A stretch of DNA of 57,504 nt, taken from IMG/VR virus record IMGVR_UViG_3300020193_000024, positions 1 through 57,504 of that record; one strand, written 5' to 3'. A model generated the notes under the pieces. It did no database searches. It was not told the origin of the DNA and saw nothing but the letters and a program-made list of their open reading frames with translations. Numbering within the stretch: the first letter of the stretch is position 1; the number at the start of each line of letters is the position of its first letter. Shown here piece by piece: positions 44,459 to 52,520 of the stretch. This stretch comes from a virus (taxonomy: Duplodnaviria > Caudoviricetes). The translations under genes were made by a program, and so were the position numbers.

Positions 44459-45727
44459 ATGTCAATGCTAGAAGACGCCAAAAAGCAGTTAGAAGCTGCG
44501 TACAAATTTGCAGAAATCGACCCGGAAAGCTGGGAGCGTCTGCAATATCCCCAACGTACTCTTCAATGTGCAATTCCTATGCGCCACGATGATGGCACTC
44601 TCAAGATATACAAGGCGTTCAGGTGTCAGTATGATACCACACTTGGCCCTGGAAAAGGAGGCATCCGGTTTCATCCCGCTGTGGACCGTGACCATGTGGA
44701 GGCTTTGGCCTTCTGGATGACTTTTAAGTGTGCCGTCGTCAAAATCCCCTTCGGCGGCGCAAAGGGTGGAATATCAGTTGACGCCAAATCTTTATCCCAC
44801 CGGGAGTTAGAAAGATTAAGCAAGGCATACATAGCTGCCTACGCCGACTTCATTGGTCCCGACGTAGACATCCCTGCGCCCGATATGTACACCGACGAGC
44901 GGGTCATGGGGTGGATGTATAGCGAATACCGCAAGATTAAGGGTGGACACCCCAAGAACATTGTTACAGGGCTTCCTGTGGCTCTAGGGGGCATCGAAGG
45001 CCGCAACTCGGCGACTGGTTACGGCGGTTACTATGTTCTGGAGAACGTTCTGACCCATAAAGACTTCCCTTTGAAGTTCGACAAACCAATTAGCATAGCC
45101 CTACAAGGTTTTGGCAAGGTGGGTTACTGGTTCGCAGAGAAGTGCATGGGGGCCAAACTGCCTATCAACATTGTGGCTATTTCTAATGAGTATGGCGGCA
45201 CTTATTGCCATGCCGGGCTAACTCCGGTACAATGTCGGCAGTCGTTAGATACAACGGCTGAGAAGGCATGGGGTCAAGGGACTCCAATCAGCAATGACGA
45301 ACTCCTGGGGCTAGATGTCGATGTACTGGTTCCAGCCGCCATTGAGAACGTAATCACGGCAAAAAATGTGGACGCTATCAAGGCTAAGGCGATTCTGGAA
45401 CTGGCAAACGGCCCAATTACAGCCGAAGCTGACTCTATTCTATATGACCGTGGGACTGTAGTGGTGCCGGATATTCTGGCGAATGCAGGTGGTGTAGTTG
45501 TATCCTACTTCGAGTGGGTGCAAAACCGAAATGGTCAAGAAAAGACCATTGAAGAAGTAGATGCCGGGCTTAGAAAGATAATGGGGTACGCAACAGAGCG
45601 AACCCTGTCCAGGTACTTCAAGCATAAGATTAGCATGAGAACTGCTGCTTATGCTCTGGCTTTAAGGAGAATTGCCGCAGCTAACGAATGCCTTGGCAAT
45701 AGGTCTTACTTTCATCAAGGAGTGTAA
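44459..45727 (+). CDS. gdhA: Glutamate dehydrogenase (Glu/Leu/Phe/Val family)
   Basis: GPGKGGIRFH, MTFKCA, PFGGAKGG, DIPAPD, ATGYG, QGFGKVG, ELANGP, PDILANAGGVVVSYFEWVQN. Confidence 0.95.
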   Translation: MSMLEDAKKQLEAAYKFAEIDPESWERLQYPQRTLQCAIPMRHDDGTLKIYKAFRCQYDTTLGPGKGGIRFHPAVDRDHVEALAFWMTFKCAVVKIPFGGAKGGISVDAKSLSHRELERLSKAYIAAYADFIGPDVDIPAPDMYTDERVMGWMYSEYRKIKGGHPKNIVTGLPVALGGIEGRNSATGYGGYYVLENVLTHKDFPLKFDKPISIALQGFGKVGYWFAEKCMGAKLPINIVAISNEYGGTYCHAGLTPVQCRQSLDTTAEKAWGQGTPISNDELLGLDVDVLVPAAIENVITAKNVDAIKAKAILELANGPITAEADSILYDRGTVVVPDILANAGGVVVSYFEWVQNRNGQEKTIEEVDAGLRKIMGYATERTLSRYFKHKISMRTAAYALALRRIAAANECLGNRSYFHQGV

Positions 45728-45936
45728 TGAGTGAAGATAGCTACATCTACGTTGAAGATAACAAAACCGTCCGTGTACAATGCGTCGAGTGTCATGAGAA
45801 GAACAATCTTGGCGAACTTTGGAGTGCAAGCAATGGGTATGGACCGTGGGACTTTATTTGCAAGTGCGGTAAGGTCATCCATCGTCATAAAGGGAAAGAT
45901 GAAAATACGACCAGCGTTCAAGATACACGGGGGTAA
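45727..45936 (+). CDS. Small Zn-ribbon protein
   Basis: CVEC...CKCG; TAATG coupling to gdh stop. Confidence 0.6.
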   Translation: MSEDSYIYVEDNKTVRVQCVECHEKNNLGELWSASNGYGPWDFICKCGKVIHRHKGKDENTTSVQDTRG

Positions 45937-46693
45937 GTATTACTTGTGCCAATGGGTTCTGGACAATTTCCCTGTTGGCTACGAGAACCTTACCTACGTC
46001 GAGCCTTTCTCTGGTGCCGCTAGTGTTATGATGAACAAGCATCCCTCTCAGGAGGAATGCCTTAATGACCTAGACAGCGGTATCGTAGCGATACTGCGTG
46101 TAGTGCGTGACCAGTGTGATGAGTTTGTCGCTCGCCTCAAGAAGACCAAGTATACCAAGGAGAACTTTGAACTAGCCCTCACCAGGAAGGAGTTCGCTAG
46201 TGATTTGGACCATGCCGTTAATGAGTTTGTGTTGCGAAGAATGAGTAGAGGCGGATTGAAAACTGCCTTCGCCTGGTCTGAACGGAAGAGGGGTGGTCGG
46301 CCTGGAGATGAGAATGCATGGAACACCATGCACAAGGTTCTGCCTATTATTTCCGAACGCCTACAGTCGGTTTACATCTTGAACCGCCCCGCAGCCGAAG
46401 TCATTAAAGCATTCAATCTCCCAAACACGTTACTCTACATTGACCCACCTTATCTTCCTGATACCCGCTTGAGCAAAAACGCCTACCAGTTTGAAATGGA
46501 CACTGATGACCATATTGCCTTAGCCGACCAGTTGAAGGCTTTCCGTGGTAAGGTCTTGGTAAGCGGCTACCCCTCCACCCTATACACCCGTTTGTATAAG
46601 GGCTGGCGGTGTGAAAAGAAGAAGATAGTCAATCACGCTTCGCAGCAGAAGCAAAAACCAGTTAAGCTTGAAGTGCTTTGGATGAACTACTAG
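45899..46693 (+). CDS. DNA adenine methyltransferase (D12/Dam class)
   Basis: GGKY, YVEPFSGAASV, LNDLD, YIDPPY, EVLWMNY. Confidence 0.92.
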   Translation: MKIRPAFKIHGGKYYLCQWVLDNFPVGYENLTYVEPFSGAASVMMNKHPSQEECLNDLDSGIVAILRVVRDQCDEFVARLKKTKYTKENFELALTRKEFASDLDHAVNEFVLRRMSRGGLKTAFAWSERKRGGRPGDENAWNTMHKVLPIISERLQSVYILNRPAAEVIKAFNLPNTLLYIDPPYLPDTRLSKNAYQFEMDTDDHIALADQLKAFRGKVLVSGYPSTLYTRLYKGWRCEKKKIVNHASQQKQKPVKLEVLWMNY

Positions 46694-46762
46694 TTTTGCT
46701 CTTGTTTTTTTTGTTTATTTCTAGGACACTACAGAAAGTAACTTCAAATACAGGAGAAACTG

Positions 46763-48088
46763 ATGGAAATTCTAGGAACAAACCCAATTTGGCTTGGCGA
46801 AATTGTAGAGAGAGTTGATGTTAGGAAAAGCTTGTTCATTCCTGGGCACCAAAAGCTCAGATGGGATGCTTGGCTTGAACGTCAAAAGTGGGATTGGTAT
46901 TATAATACCATTCTACCTGCTTTCAAAAAGGGCAGAGATACAGGTCGCACCCCTATTGTTTCAGGGTTTGTTATTACTTACGAATTAGCTGGCGACAAAC
47001 TGAGAATAAAGTATCTCAACGATGGCGCAAATCGCACTTATCATTCCATTCGATTTTTGCGAGCGCAATTCAAAGCACTCGCAACAACAGATAAAGGCAA
47101 GAGCGATTTGGCTCTTTTCGAGCAGGTTATTCATGAATGCCAGATTTATGAGCAGTCCAAACTTTTCGATGGAGAGCCAGAGGCGGTCAATGACTACATC
47201 AACGCCAACAGTAAAGGGACGGTTGCAACACCTTATGAACTTCTAGGTGCAGAATTTGTTGCCAAGCTTCCCGATTATGAAACTGTTTGGACTCCGATTT
47301 TTGAAAAGATTCAGGTAGCGGTAAATAAGAACTTGTCGTTTTTAGGGTTCGACCCAGACAAGCTCAAACGGGAAACCTTACACAAGTTCAAGAGAGATAA
47401 TCTCGCCCATTTTGTTCGTTTCCTTGGTGCCTACACAAACAAATGGAAGCCATGTGTCACCAATAAAGTGATTGACTGGAATAATCCAAGACACAGGGAG
47501 GTAGAAAGGAATTGCTTGCAACTATTTTTGAGTACGTCCGTAGAAGAAATAAAGGAAAAGCTAGAGGAGTTTGCTTTGTTTGTGGAAGACAAGGTAGCTC
47601 TCTATCGACAAATCCGTGCCGAAAAAGGCATACAGTTTCTTTCACAAACATCAACAAGCATGAGATGGTGGATTACTTTTGCCATCTGGCATCATAACAA
47701 TGGGTTCAAAGATAGCACTCTGCGGAAATTTACAGAAAAGTACCTGGATTGCAACGGCGGTGGTACAACGCTTTTGTACAAAAAAGCAAGCCAACCAGGG
47801 TTTTCTAATACTAACACCAAACTTCAAGACTTGTGTAACTTGACGGGTATGTACAAAGCATTTGGGCTTAAACCCACAGAGGTTGAAATCATAGATGGCA
47901 AACGCAAAAAGCCCAAGCCTTGTGTGCCTGGCTTTGTTCAAAGTCACTTTAAGTCATTTGCTGCCAACGGTGATGGAGAAACTCTTCCAGAGAACAGACG
48001 AGAGAACGCAAAGCGGTCAGCAAGGGACGCAGAACCAGCGGAAGTGAAGAGAATCCGTAAGGCTAATGCAAAAACGCCAAAAGCTTGA
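46763..48088 (+). CDS. DUF262 (GmrSD/ParB-like) protein with degenerate HNH-like C-terminus
   Basis: IPGHQK..W, LNDGANRT, YINANSKG...ELL; C-terminal SH..SF...G...PEN...N..R. Confidence 0.55.
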   Translation: MEILGTNPIWLGEIVERVDVRKSLFIPGHQKLRWDAWLERQKWDWYYNTILPAFKKGRDTGRTPIVSGFVITYELAGDKLRIKYLNDGANRTYHSIRFLRAQFKALATTDKGKSDLALFEQVIHECQIYEQSKLFDGEPEAVNDYINANSKGTVATPYELLGAEFVAKLPDYETVWTPIFEKIQVAVNKNLSFLGFDPDKLKRETLHKFKRDNLAHFVRFLGAYTNKWKPCVTNKVIDWNNPRHREVERNCLQLFLSTSVEEIKEKLEEFALFVEDKVALYRQIRAEKGIQFLSQTSTSMRWWITFAIWHHNNGFKDSTLRKFTEKYLDCNGGGTTLLYKKASQPGFSNTNTKLQDLCNLTGMYKAFGLKPTEVEIIDGKRKKPKPCVPGFVQSHFKSFAANGDGETLPENRRENAKRSARDAEPAEVKRIRKANAKTPKA

Positions 48089-48091
48089 AAC

Positions 48092-48124
48092 AAAAAACCC
48101 CGGTCACTAGGACCGGGGTTTTTT
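48092..48124. terminator. Bidirectional intrinsic terminator
   Basis: A6-CCCCGGTC-ACTAG-GACCGGGG-T6. Confidence 0.9.
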
Positions 48125-48136
48125 GTTGCTGGAAGC

Positions 48137-48997
48137 TTAGACCTTCCAGGTAGCCACTGGCGTTCTGTTGCCGAAAACGTTAGTCTTTGGTAATGCGGCG
48201 TATGCCTGTGCTGCCGCCTGGTCAGCCGTGTTCAGAACGCCTGCCGGGGCAGCATTTGCTAGTCCTGCTGTCCCGACCAACATATCCGCCACGCCGCCAA
48301 CCGGAGCGGAGAAGTCGCCTACTTCATCGCTGTAGTCGGCACATACCGCTGCATCGTCAGACTGGAGACATTCCATTTTAACGACGCCTCTGGCCCTAGC
48401 TTTGTAGAGCCTATCAGTACGCTTGTTGCTGTTCTGCCAGCCACCCGCTGCCGCTGCTGGCGTTGCGTTGGACCATGCCGCCATGTTGGAGATTGGCGTT
48501 CCGGTTGCCTCAGCGATTTCCTTGAGATACTTGGGACTACACCCCAAGTAGGAAATTGTGAAGTTAGGACGCTTCTCCACCGACTGCACTAGCTCCCGCA
48601 AGCCACCGACGCTGTAGTGCTTGGACTGGTTTTCCTCACCGTCCGACACAATGTAGACGAAGTACGCTACATTGGGGTCTTCGGGGTTGGTGGTGTCCAG
48701 CAACTTCTGGAGGGTGTAGCCAACAGCATCACGCATGGCTGTTGAGCCGCTCGGTTGGTAATCTTCATCACTGGCTTCCTGTAGTTCTTCCACAGGAACG
48801 AGCCACTGATGCTCGAAGACTTCGCCGTTGAAAGTTACCACACAGGCTTTGTAGTCGCCAAGGTCTTTCTGCTCCTTGGCGTTCAGCTTGGCCTGCTGGA
48901 CTTGCTCGTTGAAGCCCATCACGGTTTGTCGTTTGGTAGGTGCCATCGAACCGGAACTATCCAGCACAATGGCAACATAGGTTGTCATTCTACTCAT
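48137..48997 (-). CDS. vWA domain protein
   Basis: MIDAS VLDSSGSM, G.TAMRDAVG, IVSDGEENQS, YLG. Confidence 0.88.
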   Translation of the reverse strand: MSRMTTYVAIVLDSSGSMAPTKRQTVMGFNEQVQQAKLNAKEQKDLGDYKACVVTFNGEVFEHQWLVPVEELQEASDEDYQPSGSTAMRDAVGYTLQKLLDTTNPEDPNVAYFVYIVSDGEENQSKHYSVGGLRELVQSVEKRPNFTISYLGCSPKYLKEIAEATGTPISNMAAWSNATPAAAAGGWQNSNKRTDRLYKARARGVVKMECLQSDDAAVCADYSDEVGDFSAPVGGVADMLVGTAGLANAAPAGVLNTADQAAAQAYAALPKTNVFGNRTPVATWKV

Positions 48998-49020
48998 GGT
49001 CTTTCCTTTCTTGTTTTTCA

Positions 49021-49992
49021 TTAGTGACTCCACTTCTTGTCGGCGGCGTTGAAACGGTAGCCTGGACTTTGTGCCCACACTACTTGCTTCCCTTTAGCAA
49101 AAGGGCGGCGGGCCTCGCCAGCCTCCTTCGCCAAAGAGATTGTCAGCTTCGGCAGGTTTCCGACCCGCTTTAGCTCGTCGAACTTTACCGAGGCATCCCG
49201 GTAACGCTTCCTCAGCTTGGCCATTGGCTCAGACCCAACAACCATGTCAAGGATGTTATGGGCTGTCTCGATTGTAACATCAAGTTCGCCCGTTTGCATC
49301 GCCACTCTGACAAGCTGGCGTAGTTCAGTAGGAACACCTTCCCACGAACGACCCGTCTGGTCGCAAGTGCCGTCAGGACGCAGAGGACGACCTGGGTATA
49401 GCGGGTTCTCGTCCGCATAGGCGTCAATCTTATCACCTACCCGGTAGACCGGCTTGATGGTGCCGCCTACCTCAATGTCCTTGCGACCTTCGTAGCCACC
49501 CTTAACTTCCATAAGAAGCTTAAAGGTGTTGTCTACGTCTACGGTGTTGTTGTTATCTGCGAACACGACGAACGGTTCGCCACGGGAAATGTCCTTGAGA
49601 CGCTTGCCCACAGGGTTGTCGGGTTCGTCGGGGTCATAAGCCTCAACGAGTTCCCGAGGCGTCATCTTTTCGGCCTTCTTGCTACCGACAGGACGCTTTT
49701 CTGCACTATCCGGTGGGTTCTTTTCGTCTCGACCACGGAAAATGCCAGCGATTGCTTTGGCAACCAGAACTGGCTGAACGGCGAACTTGCCGACTTCCGT
49801 GCGGGGCAGGAAGCTAAGGATGTCTTCGTGAGACATCGCTTTCAGTCGGTCTTCCGTAGTTCCGCCGCTGGCCTTGACACATGAGATGAACTGCTCTGGG
49901 TCGATGTAACCCGGTTTGTCTGCACCACCAACGGTGGTGTTGTGTTCGTTGATGACTGCGAGCGCAGCATCAAACTTGTCTTGAATAGACAT
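49021..49992 (-). CDS. Hypothetical protein (323 aa), first gene of an operon with the vWA gene
   Basis: SD AAGGAG; long ORF with GC-rich codon usage. Confidence 0.75.
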   Translation of the reverse strand: MSIQDKFDAALAVINEHNTTVGGADKPGYIDPEQFISCVKASGGTTEDRLKAMSHEDILSFLPRTEVGKFAVQPVLVAKAIAGIFRGRDEKNPPDSAEKRPVGSKKAEKMTPRELVEAYDPDEPDNPVGKRLKDISRGEPFVVFADNNNTVDVDNTFKLLMEVKGGYEGRKDIEVGGTIKPVYRVGDKIDAYADENPLYPGRPLRPDGTCDQTGRSWEGVPTELRQLVRVAMQTGELDVTIETAHNILDMVVGSEPMAKLRKRYRDASVKFDELKRVGNLPKLTISLAKEAGEARRPFAKGKQVVWAQSPGYRFNAADKKWSH

Positions 49993-50005
49993 GCTTCTCT
50001 CCTTC

Positions 50006-50085
50006 GGTGCCGATTGCACCAACTCTAACTTACGCAGCCGATTGCTGCAACTTCGTGGACTTTTCGCACAAGCGAGTCGCTCCAC
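50006..50085 (-). promoter_or_regulatory. Structured 5' leader with twin covarying hairpins
   Basis: AGTT-GCAGC-AATCG-GCTGC and AGTT-GGTGC-AATCG-GCACC, plus an upstream GTGGA...TCCAC stem. Confidence 0.55.
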
Positions 50086-50098
50086 AAACGACTACAGT

Positions 50099-50126
50099 AT
50101 CATAGCACGGCTGGCCCAAAAAACAA
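50099..50126 (-). promoter_or_regulatory. Sigma70-type promoter with extended -10
   Basis: TTGTTT-N16-TATGAT, with TG one base before the -10. Confidence 0.5.
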
Positions 50127-50158
50127 GTGGAATTTGAAAAAATTTTCTCTTATAAAAC

Positions 50159-50779
50159 ATGTCAAGAAAATTTCGTTGGTCATTTGAGGCTGATTTCCCA
50201 GAATGTAAAATCAAACCCGAGTTTGTTCGATTAGCTGTCAGACCAGTTGTAAATGAAGATTTTAAGTTTCCACTAGAAGATTGCAATAAAGGTATTCCTG
50301 TTGTTATTGATAAGTCTGGTGAGATTGTCACTACTTATTTTGATACAACGGATGACCAGTTTAAGACATTTGCATCTCTAAAATCTCTTGGAACTGGGAA
50401 ATTAGTTTTGTTGATTCCTGGTCCTGACAAGTGTTGGTGTTGTGGTTTGCCAAAATTATTCTCCATTAGTGGTCCACTAGAGTCGCTAGAAGAATGGACA
50501 CTAGAAGGGTTAAGTCTTGAAAAGTTTAATCGTGGTGAATTAAATTATACTGGTGAGGATATTATTACAATTGAAGCAACCTGGAAATATGAGAGATTCA
50601 TTTATCGTTATTGCAAGCCGCTTCTGGAGGCTGTCGCCAAATCTCAGGGTCCACCCGCCGAGCCACCCGCAAAGCCACCAACTGTTGGCAACGGTGGATT
50701 GAGTCTCGGAACTCTTGGATGTCATTGTCGGTGTGGTTGCCCAAAGCCAGAAACAGATTCCAAGCCGCCACAAGGTTAG
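50159..50779 (+). CDS. Orphan, divergent tail-tube paralog
   Basis: RKFRWSF, PEFVRL..RP, TYFD, EEWTL, GELNY..EDIITIE.TWKY. Confidence 0.7.
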   Translation: MSRKFRWSFEADFPECKIKPEFVRLAVRPVVNEDFKFPLEDCNKGIPVVIDKSGEIVTTYFDTTDDQFKTFASLKSLGTGKLVLLIPGPDKCWCCGLPKLFSISGPLESLEEWTLEGLSLEKFNRGELNYTGEDIITIEATWKYERFIYRYCKPLLEAVAKSQGPPAEPPAKPPTVGNGGLSLGTLGCHCRCGCPKPETDSKPPQG

Positions 50780-50951
50780 AAAGAACCGCTTGTTCGTCTA
50801 GCGTTAGCCCTTTATGGTCTACTGGTGGGGCAAACGGGTGTCCCGTAGGCCAATGTGCCATTGGTGGTTGCTCCCATTCAAATTTGATGTCCGGGTTAAA
50901 CTTCCAGCCGGGATTCATGAGGCACTGACAAGTGGGTTGTGAAGTAGTCAT
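50598..50951 (-). CDS. Hypothetical phage protein
   Basis: GLT.DEQ.VL..LV.AWN.F..L.....D..EF...IH..Q.L amphipathic pattern; overlaps the tube paralog 3' end antisense. Confidence 0.6.
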   Translation of the reverse strand: MTTSQPTCQCLMNPGWKFNPDIKFEWEQPPMAHWPTGHPFAPPVDHKGLTLDEQAVLSNLVAAWNLFLALGNHTDNDIQEFRDSIHRCQQLVALRVARRVDPEIWRQPPEAACNNDK

Positions 50952-50987
50952 GTTTTTATCATAGCGATGCGGGATACATACTGTGTT

Positions 50988-51161
50988 ATGAAGAACAATT
51001 TTTGGCTGCTGTACCGGCTTCGCAGAAGGCTAGTAGAGCGACTCAACACACTGCTCAAAAAGGGAGCAGACCAATCATCTATCAATGAAACAAAGCAAGA
51101 CATCACTAAAGTTGCCAAAGAACTTGGCAAGTGGCTCCACGGACATAACACTAGTCCATAG
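50988..51161 (+). CDS. Small hypothetical protein
   Basis: MKNNFWLL...; TACATA upstream. Confidence 0.5.
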   Translation: MKNNFWLLYRLRRRLVERLNTLLKKGADQSSINETKQDITKVAKELGKWLHGHNTSP

Positions 51162-51169
51162 ATACACTG

Positions 51170-51982
51170 ATGTCTGATTTTTGCTTTATTCTAGCTTGTC
51201 ACGATAAAGTTGAAGAGTTATTGTGCCATCTTGAGATACTGACTTTTTACCCAGACCCTTACGATGTAATCATCGTACACTCTGGACCCGACCCTTTGCC
51301 GTCTGTTGACATCCTAAGAGGCGTAACGGTCGTAAAGTCTGAAAACACAGGTGCCAATCCTCCTTTGGGGGCTGCACTAGCACTTCTCAACGGTATTATA
51401 GCCGCTCGACGACCTCCCCTTCCTTACGTTCAACATACGTTCAAGTATATGTGTTATCGCAACTGTGACGACTGGCTCTTTAATCATAAGCACACCCTTG
51501 AAACCTTAGAAAAAATGAAAACTCAGGGCAAGAAGATGGCTGGTTACAATTGGTTTGACGAAGGTGTTTATACCAACCTGACTTTGAATGAGTTGTTTGC
51601 CGACATGGCTATTTTCGAAGGTTTAGACCTGGAGGAATGGCGACGGTTCTTCAAAGAGAAAATCATTAAGAAGTGTGAGTTCTTTGTTGCCGACAAACTA
51701 TTTCCTCTTCTCAAAAGAGGCGAGTTTCTTAGGTTTATTGAAAGAGAGCATGGGACAGGCGTAGGAGTTTATGAGAGGTATCAGCACAACAGTCGATTTT
51801 GGAATGAGAAATGGGTAATGATAGGCCATCACAACCAAGACGAAAAAAGGCACGTCTACCACAATGTGCGGCATTTGATACCTTATGCAGATGAGCTAGA
51901 GAAGAAAGAAAACTTCGCTTTATGGCTTAGGAAGACCCTACCCGTTGTTTCTGAGCCGCCGCTAGAGCCTTCTTCCAGTTAG
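51170..51982 (+). CDS. Glycosyltransferase-like (GT-A) protein
   Basis: FILACHDK.EEL...L, VIIVHSG, YRNCDDW (DxD-like); TAGATA 5 nt before ATG. Confidence 0.5.
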   Translation: MSDFCFILACHDKVEELLCHLEILTFYPDPYDVIIVHSGPDPLPSVDILRGVTVVKSENTGANPPLGAALALLNGIIAARRPPLPYVQHTFKYMCYRNCDDWLFNHKHTLETLEKMKTQGKKMAGYNWFDEGVYTNLTLNELFADMAIFEGLDLEEWRRFFKEKIIKKCEFFVADKLFPLLKRGEFLRFIEREHGTGVGVYERYQHNSRFWNEKWVMIGHHNQDEKRHVYHNVRHLIPYADELEKKENFALWLRKTLPVVSEPPLEPSSS

Positions 51983-52397
51983 GGTTGTCGTTGGGGTCGA
52001 ATGGGTTCCAGCCGACGCCTTGGGTGGGTTCTGCACCGAAACTTACTGATGTCGGCATTGGCTGGTTATTCTTCCAGTCTTTGGCTTGTTTTCTTTGTGC
52101 TTCTCCTTCGTCGCTAAGGCCGAGGTCTGTCTGAATTTCGTCCTCATGCCCCATGCCACTAACCCTACCTGCCCTTCTCTTTGCCAAGGTTCCTGGCTCT
52201 AACCCTAGCATGAGTTCATGTTCTGCGTCTGTGTTGTTGGTGGCGTCTTTTTTTCTCTTGGCAGTTGTGCCTCGCACGTAACCCAGGTGGTCATCTTCTT
52301 CCTCTTCGGGAGTTAAAGGTGCCTGCGGGTCTTTCTTCTTAAACCAGTCTAGCCAACCTTCGTTCTGAATTAGCCATTCTCTGAACCCAATATCCAT
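51927..52397 (-). CDS. Putative internal protein with CTS-like N-terminus
   Basis: MDIGFREWLIQNE|G; TAAATA 4 nt before ATG. Confidence 0.7.
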   Translation of the reverse strand: MDIGFREWLIQNEGWLDWFKKKDPQAPLTPEEEEDDHLGYVRGTTAKRKKDATNNTDAEHELMLGLEPGTLAKRRAGRVSGMGHEDEIQTDLGLSDEGEAQRKQAKDWKNNQPMPTSVSFGAEPTQGVGWNPFDPNDNPNWKKALAAAQKQRVGSS

Positions 52398-52418
52398 GCA
52401 GTATTTACGTTAGCAAAC

Positions 52419-52456
52419 AAAAAAGGCCAGGAGGAAAAAAATAAAACCTCCTGGCC
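52419..52456 (-). terminator. Intrinsic terminator
   Basis: GGCCAGGAGG...CCTCCTGGCC-T6 on minus strand. Confidence 0.8.
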
Positions 52457-52520
52457 AACAACGGAACATCCGTTGCTTGCGTGGGTAGCCCAGACAAGCA
52501 TACCGAATGTTCTTCAACTG

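Noticed and set aside
50690-50779. Circular permutation of the tube N-terminus (GLSLGTLG versus MGLGALG)
   Set aside because: This tail is the antisense reading of the 50598..50951 gene, so the resemblance is probably chance
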